64,000 nt of DNA from an uncultured Desulfatitalea sp. GTDB taxonomy: Bacteria; Desulfobacterota; Desulfobacteria; Desulfobacterales; Desulfosarcinaceae. The notes beneath the pieces were generated by a model. The model searched no databases. It saw only the letters and a program-made list of their open reading frames with translations, and was not told where the DNA came from. The stretch spans positions 1,344,001-1,408,000 of the forward strand of contig CAXXMB010000002.1 in the NCBI GenBank assembly GCA_963668675.2, written 5' to 3'. Made by a program: the position numbers and the translations under genes. Of the stretch, positions 40,808 to 49,561 are shown piece by piece (position 1 is the first letter of the stretch; each line of letters starts with the position of its first letter).

Positions 40808-41416
40808 ATGAACATCCTCGTCATCTTGGGACATCCCGACCCGGACAGTTTTAACCACGCCATCGCCCGGTCGGTATGCAAAACACTCGAGAACAGCAAT
40901 CATGAAGTCATCTTCCACGATCTGTACCAGGAACGATTCGATCCGCTCCTACCGGCAGAAGAGATCGCCGAGACCGGGCCGGTGCCGGCAGTGATTCGCA
41001 ACCACTGTGAAGAGCTCCAGTCCGCCGATGGCCTCGTCATCGTGCACCCCAATTGGTGGGGACAACCACCGGCCATCCTCAAAGGCTGGATCGACCGCGT
41101 CATCCGACCAGGTGTGGCTTATCGCTTTGAGGAAGAGGACAACGGAGAGGGCATTCCCATCGGCCTTTTAAAGGCCCGCCTGGCGCTCATCCTGAATACC
41201 TCCAACACGCCAACACCGCGCGAGCAGCAAGTCTTCGGAGATCCCCTCGAGACGTTGTGGAAAATGTGCATCTTCGATCTGTGCGGCGTCTCCCATGTAC
41301 ACCGCCGCATGTTCAATATCATCTGCACCAGCACCATGGCTCAGAGAGAGAAATGGCTCGCGGAGGCAGTCGCTTTGACTGAAGAGTTGTTTCCCGATTC
41401 GGGTGTTGGAGGATAA
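40808..41416 (+). CDS. Flavodoxin-like NAD(P)H-dependent oxidoreductase
   Basis: ILGHPDPDSFNHAI, HPNWWGQPPAILKGWIDRV. Confidence 0.92.
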   Translation: MNILVILGHPDPDSFNHAIARSVCKTLENSNHEVIFHDLYQERFDPLLPAEEIAETGPVPAVIRNHCEELQSADGLVIVHPNWWGQPPAILKGWIDRVIRPGVAYRFEEEDNGEGIPIGLLKARLALILNTSNTPTPREQQVFGDPLETLWKMCIFDLCGVSHVHRRMFNIICTSTMAQREKWLAEAVALTEELFPDSGVGG

Positions 41417-41507
41417 AAAGCGATCGATAAAATCAGCTTCATTTATTCACGTAACACTTTTCACTTTACACTTAAAGCTTCCGGCGAAGCCGGCGGAGAC
41501 AAATCCC

Positions 41508-41927
41508 ATGCAACTGTCACGTTCCGATTTCTCTTTCTTCTTCCCCCTGCGCGTCAGATACGCCGAAGTCGATTTGCAAGGGGTCGTATTCAACGCCCAC
41601 TACCTGACCTATTTCGACACAGCCATTACTGAATTCCTGAGAAGCACAGGGTACAGTTACAAAGCGCTTTTCACCACACGCGACCTCGACTTCCATCTGG
41701 TCAAGGCCACGGTCGAGTATCTGCGTCCCGTGGGTTTCGACAAACAGATAGAAATCGGGGTGACCGTGGCGCGCATCGGCACATCGAGCGCCACGTTTGC
41801 GCTGGGCGTCTTCGAAAAGGATGAGGAGACGTGCCGCGCAATGGGTGAAATCGTTTGGGTCTGCGCGAAGAAGGGCGCCCATAAATCCCATCCGATACCG
41901 GACGACTTCAAGGCGATCTTCGAATAG
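41508..41927 (+). CDS. YbgC/FadM-family acyl-CoA thioesterase
   Basis: LRVRYAEVDLQGVVFNAHYLTYFD; ATG 41508 with GGAGA upstream. Confidence 0.9.
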   Translation: MQLSRSDFSFFFPLRVRYAEVDLQGVVFNAHYLTYFDTAITEFLRSTGYSYKALFTTRDLDFHLVKATVEYLRPVGFDKQIEIGVTVARIGTSSATFALGVFEKDEETCRAMGEIVWVCAKKGAHKSHPIPDDFKAIFE

Positions 41928-41967
41928 CGGCGATCCGAGTATCAATCGAATCATGAAAGGAGGGACC

Positions 41968-42684
41968 ATGAGCGAAAGGTATGATTTAGACAGAATCTTT
42001 GCCTTGATCATGAAGACGATGGCGGAGACCGGACAGGCCCCGCACTATATCGATGTGGCCAGAAAACTGAAAATCTCCATGGAAGAGGGCCGCAAATCAG
42101 TGCACGCGCTCTTTAAAGCAGGCGTCCCTGGCTGGCTGTACCCTGGAGGTGACCTGATCGTATCGTTTGCACCGTTCAATAACCTTCCCACGCAGTTCCG
42201 AATTTCGGTGGATGGGCAGCAGAAGTGGTTTGGCCAGTGAGCCTTCGAATCGCTGGCGGTCAGCTGGCTTTTCCCCGGGAAAACGGTTCAGATCGACACC
42301 CCCTGCCCGGATTGCGGCGAACCCATTCGCATCGAGATTCGTGACGGCGTGATAGAGCAACAGGAACCGGACGGCATTATCGGCCATGTATCGGTTCCTT
42401 TTGTGAAATGGTTAACCGACATCCCCTTTGCCTGAAGTACCATGCTCTTCTTCCGGTCGGAAGAACACCGGCAACGCTGGGCCCAATTCACCCCAGAGGT
42501 GGCAGAGGGCCATATCCCCCTTTCCGAACTGGTCAAGCTCTTTTCCGGGGACTATTTCAAACGACGCCTGGACCCGGACTATATGTCCCATATCCGTGAG
42601 TATGAAAGCGGATTCATCAACGACCTTCGCCAGATAAAAGAGGCGGGGAGGTTTTGGAACCTGCAGGCGAATGCGGATGAATAG
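41968..42684 (+). CDS. MerB-like (organomercurial lyase fold) protein with two predicted selenocysteines (U91, U156), 238 aa
   Basis: AAGGAGG RBS; one frame interrupted only by TGA at 42238-42240 (WFGQ-U-AFE) and 42433-42435 (IPFA-U-STMLFFRSEEH); MerB-like segments PFNNLPTQFRI and CPDCGEPIRIEI; hairpins after both TGAs. Confidence 0.8.
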
Positions 42685-42722
42685 AACGAATACTTCACAG
42701 CCAACATTTCGAACTCGTGTTC

Positions 42723-44576
42723 TCAGGCGGAGGGCTCCGTCCTGTGTTGGTTGAAGAATGCTTTTACGCCGGCCTCTCCCATGAAACGGCGTAAAACCTT
42801 ATGATCGGTCTTCAACAGATCGACCCAGACCAGGCCGTCGATGACATTGGCAAAATCGCGATCGATGTTGAAGGCCAAAAACCGCCCGTTCAACTTCAGG
42901 TAGTGTTTGATCAAGGTGGGCACCCCCTTCCGGTCGCTCTCGATCTCCGACACGAGAAGGGAGATATCTTCGATGTCCACATGACGGGCACAGTCGAAGC
43001 GGCTGTTTCGTCCGATGCCGCCGTCGACCTTGGGTGCACAACGCGGTTTAACAAGCGATGTCAACTGGTCGTCCATCTTGTTGCGCTGCAGAAAGGCGAC
43101 CATCAGGTTTTTCGAAATGGTGTGGTAGTCGTGGCTGATACTGACTGGACCGAAGAGATAACGATATTGACAGTTGCGGGCCACGAACTCTCCGATGCCT
43201 CGCCACAGGAGGGAGAGGCAGCCGAACTTGCGCTGATACTCGTTGCGAATGAACGAACGACCCAGCTCGAGCGCACAGCCCAGATGCCCCAAAAAGGACG
43301 GCTGGTAGTCGAAGAGCGAAGTCGTATAGAGCCCTTGAGGGCCTCTCTCCTCAAGGATCGAGCGCGTCTCACCCAGGCGATAGGCGCCCACGATCTCTTC
43401 TTTGTCGCAGTTCCACAAGAAGAGCTGCTGGTAATAGGCGTCAAATTCATCCGTATCCTGGCTCTGGCCGGTGCCTTCGCCCACATCCCGAAAACTGCGC
43501 TCGCGCAGCCGACCGATCTCGCGCATGATCCCAGGAGATTGATCGGCTGTCATCGTGTAGATGCGAAACGCCTTCTGGCTGACCAGGCAACTGGCCTCGG
43601 GCAATGCTTCAATCTCATTAGCCAAGTATACTTTGGGAACGGGGGCGACGATGGGGTGCTGTCTGGCACGAGGTTTCAGAAGTGGCAGACGCATCGGTGC
43701 CCGCCTGATTTTCTCATTTTTGCGGTGCCGGAGCAGATAGGTATTGAAACGGAGAAAGTCGGTTGCCGCGCGATCTGAATTTAGAGCCGTCAACCGCCTC
43801 CAATGGATCGGCTTTCCCAACGAGAGTTCGATGGTGGCCGAACGCTTCTTTATCATCTCACGCGGCAGCATCAGGGTGCGCAGCCGGGGATGGACCATTC
43901 CGGCCATATTGAAAAGGAGACTGTTCCGGCCGTGAACGAAAACAGGCAGCGCCTTGGCTTTGGCCATGGTGATCAACCGGGCAACATGCACATGCCAGGG
44001 GGGATCGACGATGCGTCCCGAGCGGACACTCCAGTGGGAAACCTCACCGGAAGGGAAGGTGAGTAGAGCGCCCCCCTGCTTCAGCCACTTGAGCGCCGTG
44101 CGAATCGTCTTTGCATTTCGTTTTGCCGCGCCTTTCGAATCAAAGGGATCGACGGCGATAATTTTGTCCTTAAGCTCCGGGATCTGTTCAAGCAGAAAAT
44201 TTCCCAGGATGCGGACATCTGGCCGGGTGTTGAGGAGAATTTCCGACAATATGATCCCTTCGACGCCGCCAAAAGGGTGGTTGGCCACCATCACCAACGG
44301 TCCCGATTTGGGGATCTGCATCAACTCCTGCTCGGTCACCGCGTAGTTGATATTGAGCAGTTCAAGGCTCTTACGGCAGAAATCGACCGCTGAGAGCCTG
44401 CCGGGTATGGCGTGGTAGAGGCCGTTGATCTTGTGAATGGCAAATAGATGCTCCAGCGATAAACCCAAACCGCTTCGAACCCAGCCGGGGGCCGGCGCCT
44501 CGGCTATCGATCTCAAATCGATCAGCTTGCCACTACTTTCCGGTGCGCCTATCAATGCCAAATCCGTCTGTTGCAT
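42723..44576 (-). CDS. Fused PlsC-type acyltransferase + GNAT N-acyltransferase (OlsF-like amino-lipid synthase)
   Basis: VANHPFGGVEG, FPSGEVSH; REIGRLRERSF, IVGAYR, LELGRSFI, YLFGPVSIS; ATG 44576 has GGAGGA upstream. Confidence 0.85.
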   Translation of the reverse strand: MQQTDLALIGAPESSGKLIDLRSIAEAPAPGWVRSGLGLSLEHLFAIHKINGLYHAIPGRLSAVDFCRKSLELLNINYAVTEQELMQIPKSGPLVMVANHPFGGVEGIILSEILLNTRPDVRILGNFLLEQIPELKDKIIAVDPFDSKGAAKRNAKTIRTALKWLKQGGALLTFPSGEVSHWSVRSGRIVDPPWHVHVARLITMAKAKALPVFVHGRNSLLFNMAGMVHPRLRTLMLPREMIKKRSATIELSLGKPIHWRRLTALNSDRAATDFLRFNTYLLRHRKNEKIRRAPMRLPLLKPRARQHPIVAPVPKVYLANEIEALPEASCLVSQKAFRIYTMTADQSPGIMREIGRLRERSFRDVGEGTGQSQDTDEFDAYYQQLFLWNCDKEEIVGAYRLGETRSILEERGPQGLYTTSLFDYQPSFLGHLGCALELGRSFIRNEYQRKFGCLSLLWRGIGEFVARNCQYRYLFGPVSISHDYHTISKNLMVAFLQRNKMDDQLTSLVKPRCAPKVDGGIGRNSRFDCARHVDIEDISLLVSEIESDRKGVPTLIKHYLKLNGRFLAFNIDRDFANVIDGLVWVDLLKTDHKVLRRFMGEAGVKAFFNQHRTEPSA

Positions 44577-44878
44577 TTGCAAGAGTAATCCTCCAACTGT
44601 TCTTTCCGTAATCCATTGAACCCCATACCGCACTATCCGGCATAACGACCGTTTTACTATTCGGCCGATGTTAGTCTTTGGTGAGGGATTGGCTAGAAAT
44701 CGGCAAGGCGAAGGCCTCAGCAATCAACTTCGAACCTTTGCCAACGAAGGATCTGGCGTCTCCGTGCCTTTTCAACGTCTGGGAGAGGGTTTGACTTGGA
44801 TCAATTGCTTTATGTAACAGAGGTCTTAAGATGGGGTTCAAATCGCCGGCATCGGCGTGACAATGAGGGGAGGAGACG

Positions 44879-45073
44879 ATGGACAAAATAGAACTGCTGA
44901 AACAGAAGCTGAACACGATCGAAGCGGATCTCGAAGAGGCCCGTCGGCGTCTTCCAGCCCACTCGGTCAAACCGGCGTTGATGGCAGCCGTGTTTGACCT
45001 GGAAGATGAACGCGAAGCCGTTCTTAGAGAGATCGACCACTATCAATCCAAGATCAAAGATCGTCACCCATGA
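44879..45073 (+). CDS. Small coiled-coil hypothetical protein (64 aa)
   Basis: Strong GGAGGAG RBS; two helices flanking LPAHSVKP. Confidence 0.75.
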   Translation: MDKIELLKQKLNTIEADLEEARRRLPAHSVKPALMAAVFDLEDEREAVLREIDHYQSKIKDRHP

Positions 45074-45241
45074 CCATCAAAGTGCAACAAGCCCATAACG
45101 GTGCCTCTCCGCCTGGACTGGTCAGCCGCCGCCCAACGGCTGGGAGCAGCGTCAACGGATCAATCCATGCAGGTTCCGCTCCTCGGGCAGCCCCACCCCA
45201 TTGCGCCCCACGGTTGGTTGGACGAAGCGGGACAGGCGATC

Positions 45242-46102
45242 TTACGGTTTGTGGTCGTGTCCGGGATATACCTTTTTGAGACATTCCGGACAGAGGGAGT
45301 GGCTGAAGGTGGCGTCTGAATGCTCCCGAATGTAGGATTCGACTTGGTTCCAATACCCGGTGTCATCCCTTATTTTTTTACACAAGGAGCAGATTGGCAA
45401 AATACCCTCGAGTGATTTTACATCGTCCCTGGCTTTGAGGAGATCGTATTCCACCCTTTGAAAATTCAAGACACAGAGGCCAAAGCAGGCAAAGGTGATC
45501 AGGCCGCAGTAAATAATGATCGTGATACCCTGAATAACGGAGGGCGCTAAAAACGAGACCATCTCGTGTTCATACACCAGCGTATAGGTCAATCTGATAA
45601 TGGACCAGAAGGTGCCCGCGCCAAGCGGAATCACCACCAACAGATTGGACCCTTTGAGAAAAGAGGGGATCATCCGCTTGAAAATAGCAATGGCATAGAG
45701 CGTCGTTATGGCGTAGATCACTGATATCACAATAATGCGATTGCTGATGCTTGGTGAGACATAGGTGAAGTATAAAGTAAAAAGGGCGACGCCTGCGACA
45801 ACCAAAAGATAGGGCCACATGGGATGACGCCTCTCCACAAACAGAACAAGGCCGTACGGTATTACCAAAAACGCGGTCACTGCAACCATGTTGGCGATGA
45901 CGACAGTGATAAGGTCAGGCAGTACGCCACGCAACCCGATAAGAATATTTGCCAAAAAATAGAAGCCGGCAGCGGCTGCCCAGTAACGAAACCCCGCATA
46001 GGTCTTGCGCGTCCGGTCAACATAGACCATACAAACGAAGAGAATCAGACCGATCATGCTCACCACAAAAAATGTGGTTCTCATATGCAGAAACTGCTCC
46101 AT
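45242..46102 (-). CDS. Multi-TM protein with C-terminal Cys/His-rich putative zinc-binding domain
   Basis: About 7 TM helices then LEGILPICSLCKKIRDDTGYWNQVESYIREHSDATFSHSLCPEC. Confidence 0.85.
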   Translation of the reverse strand: MEQFLHMRTTFFVVSMIGLILFVCMVYVDRTRKTYAGFRYWAAAAGFYFLANILIGLRGVLPDLITVVIANMVAVTAFLVIPYGLVLFVERRHPMWPYLLVVAGVALFTLYFTYVSPSISNRIIVISVIYAITTLYAIAIFKRMIPSFLKGSNLLVVIPLGAGTFWSIIRLTYTLVYEHEMVSFLAPSVIQGITIIIYCGLITFACFGLCVLNFQRVEYDLLKARDDVKSLEGILPICSLCKKIRDDTGYWNQVESYIREHSDATFSHSLCPECLKKVYPGHDHKP

Positions 46103-46149
46103 TTCACATCCTTTGATTTTAATCCACCGGATCGATCAAAACACCCTTG

Positions 46150-46412
46150 CCGCCATTTGGAGGGTCACCCATAGCGGTTTGAACCTGTCGGGCAATGCCC
46201 TTACCCTTTACAACGAAGCGAAAAACCAAACCGGCTATACGGAATGGTATGGCAAGATGAATATTCTGACGCCCGAATTATTGGCTGACGACCCATATGC
46301 CTCCCAAGAGTACCTGGTGCAGGCCCCGGTTCCCGAACCGGCCACCCTTTTCCTGCTGGGGACAGGCCTGTTGGGCTTGGCGGGCATCGGGAGAAAAAAA
46401 CTGAAGCGCTAA
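46150..46412 (+). pseudogene. Probable remnant of a PEP-CTERM protein gene (5' boundary approximate)
   Basis: C-terminus VPEPATLFLLGTGLLGLAGIGRKKLKR; no signal peptide or good start before the divergent gene at 46102. Confidence 0.6.
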
Positions 46413-46438
46413 GAAGCCAAGTAAAGCGAGATAACACC

Positions 46439-46472
46439 AAGGCAGGGCCTTTATCAAAAGTCCCTGCCTTTT
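46439..46472. terminator. Probable bidirectional intrinsic terminator
   Basis: aaggcaggg...ccctgcctttt hairpin between convergent genes. Confidence 0.7.
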
Positions 46473-46505
46473 CTGTTATAAAATCGGTATGTCTGAAACT
46501 TTGCG

Positions 46506-48995
46506 CTACCCGCACTTGGTATAACCGCAAAAGTGGCAGGTCTGGCAACCCTCCTCGAAACTGATGGTCTGGCCGCACTCCGGGCAGGTGGCGCCCAACA
46601 GGCTGTTGCCTGAGCGTGCCTTTCTTTTATCGCTGTCAATGAGATAGCGTCGTTCGAGCACCCTCGAAATCGCATCGGGAATGGAAAGCACCAATCCGCC
46701 CTCCTGGAAGATGGGGTGTTCTCCGCCGATGCCCTTGAGTTGCTCCACGATCTGGCCCACCTCGACACCCGACCGCAGCGCCAGGGAGACCAGTCGGCCG
46801 ATGGCTTCGGTCTTGGCTGTGGTCGAACGCCCCGACTTGCCGATGGTGGCAAAGACCTCGAACGGGTATCCGTTGAACTCCGTGACGGTAACATAGAGAT
46901 GGCCGTAGCCGGTACGAATCTTGGTGGTGAAACCCTCCAGGGTTTCAGGCCTTTCGCGTACGGCACTCTGGACACCGCCCATATCCTGGCTGGTGGTGAG
47001 GCCGGTGGAGAGCACCTGATTCTCTTTGCTGCCGTCACGATAGATGGTCACACCTTTGCAGCCCAGTTGATAGGCGATATCGTAAATCTTGCGTACATCT
47101 TCCGGCGCGGCGTCGTGGGGCAGGTTGACCGTTTTGGAGACGGCGTTGTCGGTGAACTTCTGAAAAGCGGCCTGCATGCGGACGTGCCACTCGGGAGATA
47201 CGTCGTGAGCGGTGACGAAGATCTCTTTTACGTCTTCCGGGATCCCCTCCACATCCTTGATCGAACCGCTGGCGGCCACCGTCTCCATCAGCTGCTGGCT
47301 GTAGAAACCGCGTGCTTTGGCCACCGCTTCGAAGACAGGGTTCACTTCGGCCAGACGGTCGTTGTCCATCACCGTGCGAATAAAACTCAAGGCGAACAGG
47401 GGTTCAATACCGCTCGAACAGTTGGCGATGATGCTCAGTGTGCCCGTAGGTGCAATGGTGGTCAAAGTGGCGTTGCGCAGGGGCGGTCGTCCCATCTTTT
47501 TATAGATGCTGCGGTCGTAATTGGGGAATGCCCCGCGCCGCTGGGCCAGATCCTCCGAGGCGGCATGGGACTCGGCCTGGATAAAACTCATCACCTCTTC
47601 GGCCAGGGTCAGCGCCTCCTCCGAGTTATAAGGAATTTTGAGCTGAAACAGCAGGTCGGCAAAGCCCATGACGCCCAATCCGACCTTGCGGTTGGCCTTC
47701 ACCATCTCATCGATGGCAGCCAGGGGATATTGGGACATGTCGATCGTGTTGTCGAGGAAGTGAACCGCCTCCCAAACCACCCGCCGCAACTCTTCGTAAT
47801 CGATGGCAGCCGCCTCCTTGTCCATCACCGTACACCGCGCCAGGTTAATCGATCCCAGGTTGCACGCCTCTTTGGGAAGGAGCGGCTGTTCGCCACACGG
47901 GTTGGTGCTCTCGATGGCGCCCACACTCGGCGTGGGGTTGTCCCGGTTCATGGGGTCGAGAAAGACGATGCCCGGATCGCCGTTCTTCCAGGCTTGCTGA
48001 ACCAGCGCCGCGTATACATCCGCAGCCTTGAGCGATGCGGTCTTGCACTTACGGGCGGGATCGATCAAGTCGTATTCGGCACCGCTGGCGACTGCTTTCA
48101 TAAAGTCGTCGGTTACGCCGACGGAGATGTTGAAGTTATTCAACTCGCTGTCGTTCTGCTTGCAAAAGATAAACTCCATGATATCCGGATGATCCACCCG
48201 CATTATGGCCATATTGGCGCCCCGGCGGGTACCCCCTTGCTTGACCTGTTCGGTGGCCGTGTTGAAAATCTTCATAAACGATACCGGTCCCGAAGCCACG
48301 CCGCCCGTGGTGCCGACCATGGAGTTTTTGGGACGCAGGCGGGAGAATGAGAAGCCGGTCCCGCCACCGGACTTGTGGATGATGGCGGCATTTTTGAGGG
48401 TATCGAAGATCGCCTCCATGCTGTCCTCCACCGGCAGGACAAAACATGCAGCCAGTTGTCCCAACCGTCGTCCGGCATTCATCAAGGTGGGTGAGTTGGG
48501 CAAAAATTTCTGCTCGGCCATCAAAGCGAAGAAGGTCTCTTGGACCGCGGCCACGTCCGCTTCCGGATCATAGTTCAGCTCGGCCTTGGCAATATGACGG
48601 GCCACCCGTTGAAACATCTGGGACGGACTCTCCAGCAGCTTGCCCGACTCCTCCTTTTTTAAATATCGGCGTTCGAGCACCTTTACGGCATTGTCAGACA
48701 GATTCAGTCCGTTGCGTACAAAAAGGGATCTGTCCAAGGGGACGTGCACCACCTTGGAGACCCCATACTCTTCCAGCGTGGCCTTAACAACCGCATCCAC
48801 GATAGGCGCCGTGATCCGATGGATCTTGAGTTCATCGATGGCCTCGCGCACAAAGCGGCTGATGGACTGGGCCTGTTTATCGTCCATGGGGTGTTGCTGG
48901 ATCAGGACACGCGAAAACCGCTCTTCATCCCAGCTATAGGTAGCCAGATCGATGACGCCTTCGCTTGTTTCGATAAGTTTTGCTTTTTGACCCAC
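46506..48995 (-). CDS. nrdJ: Class II (adenosylcobalamin-dependent) ribonucleotide reductase
   Basis: FLPNSPTLMNAG, QLAACFVL, TNPCGEQPL, TIAPTGT, C-terminal zinc ribbon ending CGYTKCG; GTG 48995 has AGGAG RBS. Confidence 0.93.
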   Translation of the reverse strand: MGQKAKLIETSEGVIDLATYSWDEERFSRVLIQQHPMDDKQAQSISRFVREAIDELKIHRITAPIVDAVVKATLEEYGVSKVVHVPLDRSLFVRNGLNLSDNAVKVLERRYLKKEESGKLLESPSQMFQRVARHIAKAELNYDPEADVAAVQETFFALMAEQKFLPNSPTLMNAGRRLGQLAACFVLPVEDSMEAIFDTLKNAAIIHKSGGGTGFSFSRLRPKNSMVGTTGGVASGPVSFMKIFNTATEQVKQGGTRRGANMAIMRVDHPDIMEFIFCKQNDSELNNFNISVGVTDDFMKAVASGAEYDLIDPARKCKTASLKAADVYAALVQQAWKNGDPGIVFLDPMNRDNPTPSVGAIESTNPCGEQPLLPKEACNLGSINLARCTVMDKEAAAIDYEELRRVVWEAVHFLDNTIDMSQYPLAAIDEMVKANRKVGLGVMGFADLLFQLKIPYNSEEALTLAEEVMSFIQAESHAASEDLAQRRGAFPNYDRSIYKKMGRPPLRNATLTTIAPTGTLSIIANCSSGIEPLFALSFIRTVMDNDRLAEVNPVFEAVAKARGFYSQQLMETVAASGSIKDVEGIPEDVKEIFVTAHDVSPEWHVRMQAAFQKFTDNAVSKTVNLPHDAAPEDVRKIYDIAYQLGCKGVTIYRDGSKENQVLSTGLTTSQDMGGVQSAVRERPETLEGFTTKIRTGYGHLYVTVTEFNGYPFEVFATIGKSGRSTTAKTEAIGRLVSLALRSGVEVGQIVEQLKGIGGEHPIFQEGGLVLSIPDAISRVLERRYLIDSDKRKARSGNSLLGATCPECGQTISFEEGCQTCHFCGYTKCG

Positions 48996-49172
48996 AGGCT
49001 CTGCTCCTGTCAGTGATAGATGGTGGTTGGGTGATACTGCCGGTTGGCGCTGCATTCCGGGCCAAAGCATGCTTCTACGATGATCGCTTTTACCGCAGAT
49101 CACCGTTCGGTCCGAATACCTGCCCGATGGGAAACAGCAATGTACGACAACGAGGATATTGATTTTGTTGGC

Positions 49173-49219
49173 ATACAATATGTTGTATGTCAACAGCTAT
49201 TATTCCCTATATATAAGGG
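49173..49219 (-). promoter_or_regulatory. Tandem NrdR boxes overlapping the nrdJ promoter
   Basis: ataCAATATGTTGtat (49173-49188) and tccCTATATATAAggg (49204-49219), 31 bp apart; TTGACA on minus strand at 49188-49193. Confidence 0.75.
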
Positions 49220-49383
49220 TATTGGGAATTATAGTGCCTTATCGCACAAATACAACCGGGATCCCCTTGTTTGGTCGTTCGGTTAGCCCGCCTTAAAGAC
49301 CGAATGCGCTGAAGGTCATCCCGCATTTTCTCCCGGACGCTCTTTCACCCACCTCTTCAAGAGTGGGGCAGCTTCGCTCCAAT

Positions 49384-49436
49384 ACACTATATGTAGAAAA
49401 TTTCAATTGACAGACAACAAGATGTTGATGTAACTT
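49384..49436 (+). promoter_or_regulatory. Tandem NrdR boxes overlapping the nrdD promoter
   Basis: acaCTATATGTAGaaa (49384-49399) and caaCAAGATGTTGatg (49415-49430), 31 bp apart; TTGACA at 49407-49412. Confidence 0.8.
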
Positions 49437-49561
49437 CTCCATCATTCTGCACTGCACTTTTTACTTCGAATCCCTGTAAAACCCCTAAAACGGTCGGCAC
49501 ACCGGTGTCCGGCAAATTTGGCATTACCCGATAACCTTTCAGCCCCAACGAGGAGAGCCTG

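Noticed and set aside
49220..49561. Cobalamin riboswitch upstream of nrdD
   Set aside because: No B12-box or conserved core recognised by eye; a covariance-model scan would be decisive
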